This document shows positions 9,540 through 19,628 of a DNA stretch of 63,470 bases, one piece after another. Where the stretch lies: IMG/VR virus record IMGVR_UViG_2821904334_000002; one strand, 5' to 3'. Source of the stretch: an uncultured virus (IMG/VR IMGVR_UViG_2821904334_000002). Taxonomy: Duplodnaviria > Heunggongvirae > Uroviricota > Caudoviricetes. The first letter of the stretch is position 1. Each line of letters opens with the position of its first letter. Position numbers and translations under genes: made by a program. A model generated the notes under the pieces. It had not been told where the DNA came from and did no database searches. It saw nothing but the letters and a program-made list of their open reading frames with translations.

Positions 9540-10752
9540 ACGAATAAGGTATTTACTACCTTTTATCCTTGTTGCTTTATTCTTTGTTATACCGAACCAA
9601 GCAGAAGCAAAGAGACCCGCTAACGTTGAAAAGTACATTAACGAGAACAAACAAGCCGCAATTGATGTAGGTAGAAAGTACGGTATCTTCCCATCACAGA
9701 TTTTAGCACAAGGCGGATTCGAATCTACGTGGGGAACTAGTTCTGTAGCTAGAAACAACAATAATTTCTACGGTATTAAAGGAAGTGGGGCATACAGAAA
9801 GTATGCGAGTCCCGCTGAGTGTATGGAAGACTTCGTTACAAACTTCTATGTTACAAAGTTAAAGTCATATGAACAAATTATTAACGCAACTTCACCATAT
9901 GGTATAGGTAAGTTATTGTACATAGACTATGCACCACCAGGCGATGGTACAAATGCTGAATACCTAACTTCTTATGAATCTATCGTTGCAAACTACGATG
10001 TAGTGCAATATGATAAAATCGCATTCCCTGATGGTATCAAACGTCACCCTAAGATTGAAGAGGTAAGAGCAGGGAAGCGAGACAACTTCACTTACGAAGA
10101 AGCAGGTAAAATTGATTATAGTGGTAAAGAAGTTGTAGTAACGGATAAAGACGTAAAAGTAGACGGTACTACAGAACAAAAAGTAGAAACACCTAATCCA
10201 AACGGTGGGAAGCCTACTGAAAACGTAGTTGTAACGCCTAAGTTCACTTTCTCTGAGGATGCAATCAAAGGTATGCCGAAGAAGAGAGACTGGCAAGAAG
10301 ACAAGCTACCTGAGTCTAAGAAATCAGACTTAGCATTAGAAGAACATAGAAGTTTAGAGAAGTGGAAGAAAGAGTCTGATACACCAATTGCAGATAAGGT
10401 AACGAAAGGGTTTAGAACCGCAATCTCGTTATCAGGTATTCTTCTATTCTTCTATGGGGTATTAATCATTATCGCTTATATCTTTGATAGAATCACGATA
10501 ACTGAGTGGAAAGCTTTACCTGTCATTACAAAGAACCGATTGTTTGCAGTAAAAGACAAGGAAGACTCCACATACCGTATAAACGCACCACAAGAAGGTT
10601 CAAAAGGTATAACGATAGCAGACTTATGTAAAGTACAGTTCTTTATTATAGGGTTGGCAATGTGTCTTTTAAATGGGTGGATTTACACATTCGTAGACGT
10701 CATCATTAGAGGATTCGCAAACGCCCAACAATACCTAAGCGGTCTGTTTTAA
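9499..10752 (+). CDS. Secreted, membrane-anchored glucosaminidase (GH73-like) peptidoglycan hydrolase
   Basis: Signal peptide (AEA); YGIFPS..LAQ...ES.WG.S.....NNFYGIKG...YRKY motif; two C-terminal TM helices. Confidence 0.8.
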   Translation: MVLRVVSSSVKLTRRIRYLLPFILVALFFVIPNQAEAKRPANVEKYINENKQAAIDVGRKYGIFPSQILAQGGFESTWGTSSVARNNNNFYGIKGSGAYRKYASPAECMEDFVTNFYVTKLKSYEQIINATSPYGIGKLLYIDYAPPGDGTNAEYLTSYESIVANYDVVQYDKIAFPDGIKRHPKIEEVRAGKRDNFTYEEAGKIDYSGKEVVVTDKDVKVDGTTEQKVETPNPNGGKPTENVVVTPKFTFSEDAIKGMPKKRDWQEDKLPESKKSDLALEEHRSLEKWKKESDTPIADKVTKGFRTAISLSGILLFFYGVLIIIAYIFDRITITEWKALPVITKNRLFAVKDKEDSTYRINAPQEGSKGITIADLCKVQFFIIGLAMCLLNGWIYTFVDVIIRGFANAQQYLSGLF

Positions 10753-10764
10753 AGAGGTGAAACA

Positions 10765-11085
10765 ATGAAAAGAAAGAACTGGTTGTTAATAGGAGTATTC
10801 GTCCTTATTACTACTTCCTTTTGTTATTTTGCTTTTCAAAACTTTGAAGAAGGTATGACAAGAACGTATGGAAAGTCAGTGAAAGCAGATGTAGTAGAGA
10901 AGAAACAGCTAGGTGTTACAAGAGGTGGAGGGGTAGGATATCAACTAACGTTAAAAGTTGGAGAAAAGACTTACTATCCAAACGTAGAGGAAGAATTATA
11001 CACAAGAGTTGGTAAAGGTACACAATTAGAAGTCTTACAGTACAAAGACCGTGTTGTATTGTATGATAGTTACGATTTAAAGTAG
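10765..11085 (+). CDS. Small membrane protein with beta-rich (OB-like) extracellular domain
   Basis: N-terminal TM; V.EE.Y....G..L motif shared with neighbours. Confidence 0.7.
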   Translation: MKRKNWLLIGVFVLITTSFCYFAFQNFEEGMTRTYGKSVKADVVEKKQLGVTRGGGVGYQLTLKVGEKTYYPNVEEELYTRVGKGTQLEVLQYKDRVVLYDSYDLK

Positions 11086-11093
11086 GGGTACAC

Positions 11094-11441
11094 ATGACAA
11101 TAGGTAAAAAGACGAGTTTATCTTGTATCGTTGTTTTCTTTTCTTTCCTAACCTTACCTAACTTAAACATCTTTCAAAAGAGCGAACCGTTACCACAAGG
11201 TCAAATCATGAATGCAATTATGATGGGTAAGTATATTGAGTATAAAGCAAGTGACGATATAAGACCTACTTTAAAGGTTCTAATAGATGGTGAGTACAAG
11301 AACCTAGAAGTACGAGAAGAGACGTATGAAGAAGCAAAATTTGGGGATATATTTTCTATTATATTGAGTGAAGACGGTAAGGTAAAATTAGACCCTCGTT
11401 ACTCGTATAAAGATGCAATAAAAAGTAGAGTTACAGACTAA
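11094..11441 (+). CDS. Small membrane protein, same family
   Basis: N-terminal TM; EVREETYEEAKFGD, LDPRY. Confidence 0.7.
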   Translation: MTIGKKTSLSCIVVFFSFLTLPNLNIFQKSEPLPQGQIMNAIMMGKYIEYKASDDIRPTLKVLIDGEYKNLEVREETYEEAKFGDIFSIILSEDGKVKLDPRYSYKDAIKSRVTD

Positions 11442-11484
11442 GTATCCCTAGTGAAACATAGAAGTTAAGTGGAGGTAAACAAAC

Positions 11485-11772
11485 ATGAGAAAAGGATTAC
11501 TAATCGCATTCATCGTACTCATAGGGGTAGTTGGATTTGGCGGTTATAAGTACAAAACAATTGATAAAACAGCATTTGCAGAAGGTAATAAGATTTTATC
11601 AGAAGTAACATATGTGTCAGAGAAAGATGACCAAAAGGTAGTCTTAGAAGTTGGTGGAGAACAGATTGAAGTAAAAGTAAACAAAGAAAAGATTAAGAAA
11701 CTATCAATTGGAGACAGGGTAGAAACAGTAAAATATGGTGATTCTTACCGTATAGACCCTGAGTACCGTTAA
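11485..11772 (+). CDS. Small membrane protein, same family
   Basis: GGAGG SD; N-terminal TM; LSIGDRV, IDPEY. Confidence 0.7.
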   Translation: MRKGLLIAFIVLIGVVGFGGYKYKTIDKTAFAEGNKILSEVTYVSEKDDQKVVLEVGGEQIEVKVNKEKIKKLSIGDRVETVKYGDSYRIDPEYR

Positions 11773-11773
11773 T

Positions 11774-12319
11774 ATGGGTAAATTACGAGAAGACAAAAGG
11801 AAGTTTGCAGGTGTTCTAATTCCAGTTGGGTTTATATTGATGCTTGTACCTTTTGTATCAGAGTTATCGGTACATAACAGGTCATTAACAATAACGTGGG
11901 GTACAGCGATACTAACCTCACTCGTTATAACTGTTATAGGTTGGAGAAGAAAAGAATTTGTAGCCTTTGCAATTTTAATTATTGCGATGTCAACTGCAAT
12001 GATAACGAGCAAAACGGTAGAAGAACAAAACAGAGAAGTTATACAAAAAGGAACACCAATTGAAGTCACCTTAGTAAGTAAGAAAACTTCTACTTCTAGA
12101 GGAAATAGAGTTTACGAAATCGAGATAGAAGGTAAAGATGGAACAGGTTGGCGCTCTATGATGAACGGTGAAGAATATGAGAAGTTGCAAATAGGCGATA
12201 AACTAAAAGGTTTTGAATATGATGGTAGACAATTATTAGATATAGACATCAAAGAAATGAAAAATAATGAAGAAGAGATACAAACGATAAGAGATAAGAT
12301 AAATGAGGTATTTAATTAA
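11774..12319 (+). CDS. Membrane protein (3 TM) with the same beta domain
   Basis: Three hydrophobic helices; EEYEKLQIGDKL. Confidence 0.7.
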   Translation: MGKLREDKRKFAGVLIPVGFILMLVPFVSELSVHNRSLTITWGTAILTSLVITVIGWRRKEFVAFAILIIAMSTAMITSKTVEEQNREVIQKGTPIEVTLVSKKTSTSRGNRVYEIEIEGKDGTGWRSMMNGEEYEKLQIGDKLKGFEYDGRQLLDIDIKEMKNNEEEIQTIRDKINEVFN

Positions 12320-12368
12320 AGAAGTAGAACGAAAAGGCAATATGTTCAAACTAAATAAGCAATAAATC

Positions 12369-12400
12369 AACTGGTAAACTTGTAAAGTGAACCAGTTTTT
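12369..12400 (+). terminator. Probable terminator
   Basis: AACTGGT...ACCAGTTTT hairpin. Confidence 0.55.
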
Positions 12401-12457
12401 CTTATAAGTAAGCATAATAAGGGGTAGTTAGACTCCAAGAAATACGAGGTGTAAAGG

Positions 12458-13771
12458 TTGAAACGGATGAAAAATCAAATAAACTTACTAGCAAAGGTAC
12501 TGTTAATCATTCCAATTGCGTTTCTATTCTTTTTCAGCAACGTAACGAATGAAACAATCGTATCAGCAAATAATGGAGATTATAAGACTTGGAAACAGTA
12601 CGAAGGAGACTGGGCTGATAGGTTATATGTCTCTAAATACGGTCAGTATAAGTTTGGTGACCATGTAGGTATGCCAAACAAAAGTAAAGGTATGGGAACA
12701 ATGGCAGATTGGGGTTGTTACTTAACCGCAATGGCAATTCAAATTGGTAAGTCTGGAACCGGACCTGCCGATAACGACCCTTGGAAGTTTGCTGAACATA
12801 TGCATAAAGGTGGTTATATGTTAGCAGGAAACGACTCTTTAGTGCAGAACGAGAAAGATGGAGTAAACACTTATACAGGTGGTAAGTTCCGAGCACATGA
12901 GCCTTTCAGACAAGATGTAGGTGGTAAGTCTAAAGAGCAGAAGACAGCCGCAATTAAAGCAGTCTTAGACGCAGGTGGTTATCCAATCGTTCGTGTAGGG
13001 CTAAACGGAGGTACTCACTTCGTAGCCGTAGATAGAATTGAGGGAGACAAGGTTGTTCTTATGGACCCAGGTTCATCTAAAGACGATTTATTCGCAAAGT
13101 ATGGTTCTACAGTCAATCAGGTTCGTTTCTTCGAATCAGACACACCATCAACCAATGCAAACGGTAATGGTACAGGTGGTGGAGCGCAACCTCCAACTGG
13201 TGAAGGTGGCGCACAACCGCAACAACCTACAAAAGAACAACAAGAAAAAATTAACATTGCAAGAATGGAATGGGATGAAGGTAAAATTAAAGGTCTTCCA
13301 AAACCTCGTAACTGGGAAGAAGACCCTGTACCAATCGCTCATTTAAGTGAGTTAGACACAATTCAACATCAATCTTTAGAGAAGTGGAAGAAAGAAGTTA
13401 AACAAGAAGAAAAGATAGACATGGTTAAATACGCAAGAACTGGGTTGATGTTAATCGGTATCTTCTTATTGGTATTCAGTTTAATATATTTAGTAGCTTA
13501 TATGTTTGATAGAGTTTCAATGTTCGAATTTAAATTCTTCGAGTGGTTAACCTTAGGTAAACTTACACCATCAGCTACAGGAGATAGTACATTCCTTAGA
13601 AACAAAGAACAGCAATACGGACCGAAGTTAGTAAATCTACGAGATTTCCTTATCGTTGAGTTTTTATTAATTGGACTGTCCATGTTATTGTTAAGCGGAA
13701 GTATCTTCTACGTCATTGAAGTAATCATAGACTTCTTTAGAGCCATGACAAATTATATTTCTAATCTATAA
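12458..13771 (+). CDS. Secreted, membrane-anchored C39-like (papain-fold) cysteine peptidase
   Basis: Signal peptide; WKQ...W, GCYLTAMA (Cys), THFV (His), MDPG (Asp); C-terminal domain paralogous to 9499-10752. Confidence 0.75.
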   Translation: MKRMKNQINLLAKVLLIIPIAFLFFFSNVTNETIVSANNGDYKTWKQYEGDWADRLYVSKYGQYKFGDHVGMPNKSKGMGTMADWGCYLTAMAIQIGKSGTGPADNDPWKFAEHMHKGGYMLAGNDSLVQNEKDGVNTYTGGKFRAHEPFRQDVGGKSKEQKTAAIKAVLDAGGYPIVRVGLNGGTHFVAVDRIEGDKVVLMDPGSSKDDLFAKYGSTVNQVRFFESDTPSTNANGNGTGGGAQPPTGEGGAQPQQPTKEQQEKINIARMEWDEGKIKGLPKPRNWEEDPVPIAHLSELDTIQHQSLEKWKKEVKQEEKIDMVKYARTGLMLIGIFLLVFSLIYLVAYMFDRVSMFEFKFFEWLTLGKLTPSATGDSTFLRNKEQQYGPKLVNLRDFLIVEFLLIGLSMLLLSGSIFYVIEVIIDFFRAMTNYISNL

Positions 13772-13787
13772 CAGGGGTAGGATGAGC

Positions 13788-13819
13788 GAGACGGTTTACA
13801 TTACGTAGACCGTCTTTTT
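13788..13819 (+). terminator. Intrinsic terminator
   Basis: AGACGGTTTAC-ATTAC-GTAGACCGTCT-TTTT. Confidence 0.8.
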
Positions 13820-13911
13820 CTATGTGTAAAAGGAGAAAGTAACTTGTATCCTACAATCAGACAAATATAAAGAAACATCTTGCAATTTATGGAACAATCT
13901 TTCTTAACTAA

Positions 13912-13940
13912 TTGACAAATGCGTAAACTTATGGTATAAT
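13912..13940 (+). promoter_or_regulatory. sigma-A promoter
   Basis: TTGACA-17-TATAAT, spacer ending AAACTTATGG. Confidence 0.85.
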
Positions 13941-13990
13941 ATAGATATAGATAAGAAAAATTGAAAGGCGAGAAAGGGGTACACAAGGAA

Positions 13991-14143
13991 ATGGAAGCAG
14001 TAAATAGGGTAAACCAAGAAAAAGTAGAAGTACACTATGCAGAAGATGGAAACTTCTTTGAAGGAGTATATTATGGTTCACTAATCTCTTTTCATTTTTA
14101 TGCATTAGTCTTTGGATTAATTCGATTATGTTTTTATAACTAG
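13991..14143 (+). CDS. Small membrane peptide
   Basis: C-terminal hydrophobic helix; directly downstream of a promoter. Confidence 0.6.
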   Translation: MEAVNRVNQEKVEVHYAEDGNFFEGVYYGSLISFHFYALVFGLIRLCFYN

Positions 14144-14160
14144 AAAGGAAACGTTAAAGA

Positions 14161-14961
14161 ATGAAAGTGATAACGGAAGAAGTAGTAGGTACATACTTAT
14201 CAAACTTTAATAATGATTTCAGACGAGTAAGGTTAGAGTTACAAATGTCACAATATGAAAAATCAGAGTATATTCCAATAGAAAGACTTCTTTATATTTC
14301 AGGAGACTATGGGTTAAGTCTTGTAAGATTACAGTTAGAGAAGAGTTTATCTTTCAAAGATATGGGAGCAAAACTAGGGTTACAAAGTAAACTATTGGAG
14401 AAGTACTGTAAAGAGAAGTTTAGTGATTCTGTTCTAGAAGCACATAAACAAAGAGTAGACGAGAAGGAACAGGAAGAATTAAGTAAGAGAATCGGAAGAA
14501 GCAGAACGTTGAAATCCAATGAAATACCGCTTCATTTTGATTCGAATGTAAGAACAAGAAGACCGAACACTGTAATTAAGAGTTTAGATGAGGTAAGAGA
14601 AATTGTGAAACCGCTTCTAGGGTACGGAATTACGGTAACAGGTATTTGTCGTAACTTTGGTATTGTAGAGTGTGATAAGGCAAAACTGAAAGTACCAAAA
14701 CCAACAGTAGATGTAGAGTTAGCAGATAAAATATGGTCAAGCCTTTATACGCAGGTATACAAAGACCCTGATTTCTTATATGAGACTTTAGACAGATACA
14801 ATAAGTTTTCTCTATCAGAAGAAGTAAAGAAACACTTACATTATTCTATCAAAGAACGAAACAAGAATATCAATCTCTACGTAAGGGGTAAGACGGTAGT
14901 AAGAAGTCGTAATAAGCGATTAATGAATAAGAAACCAGTTCTTATGCAATTAGTTAAATAA
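14161..14961 (+). CDS. Hypothetical protein, possible HTH
   Basis: GAAAGGA SD; LSFKDMGAKLGL resembles an HTH. Confidence 0.6.
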   Translation: MKVITEEVVGTYLSNFNNDFRRVRLELQMSQYEKSEYIPIERLLYISGDYGLSLVRLQLEKSLSFKDMGAKLGLQSKLLEKYCKEKFSDSVLEAHKQRVDEKEQEELSKRIGRSRTLKSNEIPLHFDSNVRTRRPNTVIKSLDEVREIVKPLLGYGITVTGICRNFGIVECDKAKLKVPKPTVDVELADKIWSSLYTQVYKDPDFLYETLDRYNKFSLSEEVKKHLHYSIKERNKNINLYVRGKTVVRSRNKRLMNKKPVLMQLVK

Positions 14962-14984
14962 GAAGAAACAGGGAGGTTTTATAA

Positions 14985-15617
14985 ATGGATTTAACACAAG
15001 CAAATGAACGAGTACGTTCAGATATTAAGAATGGAAATTTAGGGGTAGAACTAGAGAATCATGAATCGCAACAAGAAATTCAATTATTCTTAGAAGGTGT
15101 AAAACCAGCATTACTACTTAGAAACAAAGGTCAAATCGTAGAGAGTTTAGTAACTCATTTCCCTTCGGTATCATTTCCACATAAGTTTGGACAAGTGCTA
15201 ATCTTCCAAAACGGGGAAGACTTAAAGCAATTCATCTTAAACTCAACATTTATTCGAGTAGACAAGCCAATAATGGATTTTGACATAAATGATGTAGGAA
15301 TTGCATTAGGATACCCACCAAACGCTTGTTATCGTTTTAAAGACAATGGTATGAAAGAGTATATTGCAAAAGCAGAAGGTAAAGAACCGAGAGGGGTAGT
15401 TGAGTTATACCCTGTAGACTATCATGGTATTCGTTTCTTTTCAACTTTAGATTTATTTAAAGAAGATATTAATTGGATGTTAGAAAACAGACCAGTACCA
15501 ACTCATTTAGAAACGGGTATCACAATTGAGTTAGACAAACCAAATGGTAAGCGTTTAATTGTAAAATATGAAGACTTTGATTTAAAGTATGCGAAAGAGT
15601 TAGAATCTTCATGTTAA
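14985..15617 (+). CDS. Hypothetical protein (paralog of 15611-16233)
   Basis: GVKPAL, GIALGYPPNAC, YHGIRF, WMLENRPVP motifs. Confidence 0.75.
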   Translation: MDLTQANERVRSDIKNGNLGVELENHESQQEIQLFLEGVKPALLLRNKGQIVESLVTHFPSVSFPHKFGQVLIFQNGEDLKQFILNSTFIRVDKPIMDFDINDVGIALGYPPNACYRFKDNGMKEYIAKAEGKEPRGVVELYPVDYHGIRFFSTLDLFKEDINWMLENRPVPTHLETGITIELDKPNGKRLIVKYEDFDLKYAKELESSC

Positions 15618-16233
15618 CGCAAAGAGAAATTCTACTAGACCAGTTAAGGGGATTGAAAGTAGAAAATAAAGTACTATTATTCGTAGCAGGGGTAAAACCC
15701 GCATTAACAAGTGCAAGATGGAGTCCTATAAGAGAACTTCTAGAAGCAAACTTTCCTTTTATTCCGTTAAAGCAGAAAAGAACAGGTAAAACGAATATGA
15801 ACTTGTATTTTCAAACAGAGGAACAGAAAAAAAAAGATTTGTAAGAGAATGTACAGATGATGGTAGATTTACCTGTCATATCAAACTAGGTTTAGCGTTA
15901 GGTTTTCCACCTTTTGCTTGTGAAGTAATAGGTAGGAATATAAACCTAAAAGACGAGATACATGAAAAGTATAAAGACTACGGTGTACACTGGATTTCTC
16001 AAAATGATGCTTTAATAAACCGAGAATTAAAGAAACAAGGTTATAAAGAAGATAAGATTGGAATCAATTATCATGGTATACAATTTGGGGTAGATAGAGG
16101 AACAGTAAAAGAAACTTATGTTTGGTTGTTAGAAAACATGCCAGTTCCTTCACACCTCCAAACAAATGTAACCGTGAAAGACGAATGTACATTTACAAAG
16201 ATAGAGCAGTATATACAAGAAAACGAGGTGTAA
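15611..16233 (+). pseudogene. Paralog of 14985-15617 split by a frameshift at an A9 run
   Basis: GVKPAL in frame 0; after A9 (15827-15835) the -1 frame reads LGLALGFPPFAC, YHGIQF, WLLENMPVP to TAA at 16233. Confidence 0.8.
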
Positions 16234-16236
16234 TAA

Positions 16237-17202
16237 ATGTTAGTATCTGAAATGAAACATACAGAAGGGTATCAGTTCAACGAACTGACTTTAGCTTTAG
16301 TTCCAAACAACTGTTTCTCATGTGGTTCACCTTTAAAAATCAACCCTGTATTAACACATCTAACTTGTAGTAATCCTAGATGTATTGATAAAATTACACT
16401 ACGAACAGTAGCGATGTTTACTCAATTAGGGGTAGTTGATATTGGAGAACCTACAATCAAGAAACTGATTCGCATTTTCGGTATTGATTGTCCGTTAATC
16501 TTTTTCTGTTATGAACCGTCAGATTGGCAATCAGTTTCCTATGAAAACTACAATGAGTCATTAAAGCGTAAGATAGACGATGTATACGGTCAGTTAGCAA
16601 ATAAGCGTGATATGACTTTAACACAATTCATTCAAATCGCAAACCTACCTAACGTACAGACAAGTGCTGATAAACTGTTTGAAGATATTACTACATTAGA
16701 CGAGTTTTATGAGCAACTAGAATCAGGTGGGGTAGCCTATATTCAGAAGAAGTTAGGTATTCAAAGAGAAAACTCTTTGAAAAGCTATAAACTGTATGAA
16801 ACATTTATGGAGTACAAGAAGGATTTACAATCCATATTAAGTACAGGCTTTATTAATATCATTGCAGACACAAGAGCAGATATCAGAATTAAAGCAGTAT
16901 GTACAGACGAGGTGGGCGCACCATTCAGAAAGAAAGCAGAGTTCTACACGTACATGGATGAAAACTTTGGTGATAAGATTTATATAGACTGGGGTAAATC
17001 GGCTACAAAGTCAATGGACGTATTAATTTGGGCAGGGGCAGATGGAACACCTGCAAGGTATACAAACAAGGTTCAGAAAGCAGAGAACTGGAATGAACAA
17101 GGAGAAGGTATTCCAATCCTTACAGCGAACCAATTTATTGAAATCGTACAAGGAAGTGCAAACGGTCAATCCGTATTAGATACGCTAGAAAGTTTAGGTT
17201 AA
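16237..17202 (+). CDS. C-terminal half of a NAD-dependent DNA ligase (Zn finger, HhH, BRCT-like)
   Basis: P..CxxCGSPL...L.CxNPxC zinc finger; GVVDIGEPTI and LPNVQTSA HhH-like motifs; BRCT-like SATKSMDVLI...KVQKA...GIPILT..QF. Confidence 0.65.
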   Translation: MLVSEMKHTEGYQFNELTLALVPNNCFSCGSPLKINPVLTHLTCSNPRCIDKITLRTVAMFTQLGVVDIGEPTIKKLIRIFGIDCPLIFFCYEPSDWQSVSYENYNESLKRKIDDVYGQLANKRDMTLTQFIQIANLPNVQTSADKLFEDITTLDEFYEQLESGGVAYIQKKLGIQRENSLKSYKLYETFMEYKKDLQSILSTGFINIIADTRADIRIKAVCTDEVGAPFRKKAEFYTYMDENFGDKIYIDWGKSATKSMDVLIWAGADGTPARYTNKVQKAENWNEQGEGIPILTANQFIEIVQGSANGQSVLDTLESLG

Positions 17203-17262
17203 AACTGTTATAGAAAAATATTTTAATAAAACGTTCTAGTATAAATTGAAAAGAAATAGTAT

Positions 17263-17300
17263 AATAAGAAGGGGTAGGTTAGTTTTTACTCCTTCTTATT
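17263..17300 (+). terminator. Terminator-like hairpin
   Basis: AATAAGAAGGGGTAG...TTACTCCTTCTTATT. Confidence 0.6.
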
Positions 17301-17620
17301 CTTATAAGAAAAAGGAATTGCAAACTTTCTCACATTTTGTAAACTAAGATTTTTCCTCATTACAAACACCATTTAAACTCTTTAAACTACTAGGTACAAA
17401 TAGCAAGCTACTTCGAAAAATTTAAGTAACTGTTAGCCAACCATTGAGTGTACATGCTCTCGTAAAGATAATTAAATTTTTCTTAACTGAAAAGAAAGAA
17501 TAGCTTTCTTATTTATAAACGAGTAGGTATAAAGAAAGAACAACCATCAAAATAATATCCACATTTTATACATAAACGCTTCAAAACAAGAAGAAATTAA
17601 AGGATAAAGGGGAGATAAAC

Positions 17621-18799
17621 ATGACAGTAAACACGAATTTCACAATCGAAGACAGTTATTTGGGGTATGAGAAAACGTTACCATCCAAGTTAAAAGTAGG
17701 TCAAGCAGTAAAACAATTAGATAAGAAAATCAGAATTGACGGAGTAGTGATGAAACAGAAGATGTTTATCCTTACTTTACTTCAAAAAGGATTTAAACCT
17801 AAGTTTGTAGAAAATTACACATATGTTATGAGAAACGGTGAGTACTCAAAACCAAAAGATTCGTATCAAATGGAGCATGAAGATTTATCCTTCTATGAAA
17901 TCAATAAGACACTATTCGATTATGCAAACTATTTAGTAGATAGTCAGTTAATCAATCCTACGCTTGTTGAGGGGTATGTTGAGACGGAACGTGCAGAGGT
18001 ACAATTAGGTATTGAACGAGAAAAGCATGAAGAAGAACAGAAGAAAAAAGAAGAAGACTTAGCTAAACAGAAAGAAGAACAAGAATTAGAAGAACGTAAG
18101 AAATTACGTCATAGTAAGGGACTTAGAAATTATTCTAGGAAAGCAGATTCCATTGTCCGAACTGAGGTAACTCGTATTATGAGGTTCTTAGCAGATGAGG
18201 GGTATATTAACGATGATGCGTTAGCAAAGACTGAGTATGTATATGAAAACGTAAAAGGTAAAATCATTCCTATCTTAGCAGAAGGGGTAAGTATCCTATC
18301 GTCTTTAGAGTATGCATTGGAGAGATACCAAAAAGGATACTTTAACCCAGAAGCAATACATCCAAACTCTTATATGACATATAAAGCATTAGTAAAACTG
18401 TTAGACGTAGATTTAGATAAGGGCGAACGAGAGATACGTAATAAGGTAAAATTGTTTATAACAAAACCAAATATAGCTACAAAAGGAAATCGCCCTTTGT
18501 CTGAGCTTATTATTGACGAAGATAACTTAGGTAGTAAAGAAGAACTATTAAAACAAGCTTCTAAAATGACATTATCTGATTTAAACTCAAAGAATCACAT
18601 TTATTTAACATATCATAAAGAAACAGGTAATTCTGAATTATTTACAGAAAGTGATATACCATTAACTCATGTAAAAGTAGAAGACGTATCTGTTAAACTA
18701 CAACACGTATTCCATAGAATGCCTGATGTAAGTAAAGCAAAACCTGATTGGAATTTAATATTCTACTATTTAGATAGTAACTTAGAGGATGTTCAATAA
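17621..18799 (+). CDS. Hypothetical protein, family B, with N-terminal extension and coiled coil
   Basis: C-terminal DEDNLGS.EEL...HIYLT..KETG..EL...DWN.I shared with 18799 and 26753. Confidence 0.75.
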   Translation: MTVNTNFTIEDSYLGYEKTLPSKLKVGQAVKQLDKKIRIDGVVMKQKMFILTLLQKGFKPKFVENYTYVMRNGEYSKPKDSYQMEHEDLSFYEINKTLFDYANYLVDSQLINPTLVEGYVETERAEVQLGIEREKHEEEQKKKEEDLAKQKEEQELEERKKLRHSKGLRNYSRKADSIVRTEVTRIMRFLADEGYINDDALAKTEYVYENVKGKIIPILAEGVSILSSLEYALERYQKGYFNPEAIHPNSYMTYKALVKLLDVDLDKGEREIRNKVKLFITKPNIATKGNRPLSELIIDEDNLGSKEELLKQASKMTLSDLNSKNHIYLTYHKETGNSELFTESDIPLTHVKVEDVSVKLQHVFHRMPDVSKAKPDWNLIFYYLDSNLEDVQ

Positions 18800-19554
18800 T
18801 GACAACAATTTCGAGTAACCGTAACCAAGTGGAAGTACCCTTAACAAAAGAAGAAAGACTACAAATCGTAAGGCAGTATAACAGTTCTATGCGGTATACA
18901 GACAAATTAGATAGTATTGTGACCGCTACTGTTTATCGTGTATACAATGATATGTCATATCAGGATAAGAAAAGATTAAAAGACCTTGATATTACACAAT
19001 TACATGGGTTTGTAAAAGATAGTATGCATCAAGTATTAGTAAACGAAGAAAGTATCTATAATAGTTTACTACGTGCAAGACAGTTAGACAAGCTAGGTAA
19101 ATTGAATATGCAGGAGTTAAAACTAAAAACATACATGAAGTACAAGGCACTAATAGATTATCTAGGGATAGACATACATCTTTCAGAGAAAGATTTAAAA
19201 TCTATTGTAAAACAGTTTGTTAGTTTAGATGCTTACTACGTGGGTAATAGAAGACCTACTTCTATGATTCTATTAGACGAAGAGAATTTCAGTTCAATTG
19301 ATACATTGGTGAACTACTTAAAGGATTTTGCAAAGAGACCAGTATCAGCAGACCATATATTTTTAGTAGAAAACCCTTATAATCAGGTAAGAGAATTATA
19401 TGTAGAATCACAATCACCTAATGCATGGATGAAACTAGAGGATATTACAATGAAAATCATAAAAATATTCCAACTAACGGATTTAGTTTATGCAGACTTT
19501 GATGTAGAATTGTTTCTAGGTTACATAGATGGGGTATTATCTCTAGAGAGTTAA
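18799..19554 (+). CDS. Hypothetical protein, family B
   Basis: YKAL...L..D, DEENFSS, HIFL, LEDIT.K. Confidence 0.75.
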   Translation: MTTISSNRNQVEVPLTKEERLQIVRQYNSSMRYTDKLDSIVTATVYRVYNDMSYQDKKRLKDLDITQLHGFVKDSMHQVLVNEESIYNSLLRARQLDKLGKLNMQELKLKTYMKYKALIDYLGIDIHLSEKDLKSIVKQFVSLDAYYVGNRRPTSMILLDEENFSSIDTLVNYLKDFAKRPVSADHIFLVENPYNQVRELYVESQSPNAWMKLEDITMKIIKIFQLTDLVYADFDVELFLGYIDGVLSLES

Positions 19555-19576
19555 GACTACTTCGGTAGTCTTTTTC
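19553..19576 (+). terminator. Intrinsic terminator with cUUCGg tetraloop
   Basis: AAGACTAC-TTCG-GTAGTCTT followed by T tract. Confidence 0.9.
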
Positions 19577-19628
19577 TTTTGAAAACATCTTATTCATAAG
19601 ACAGACTACATAGAGTAAAGAATAATAG

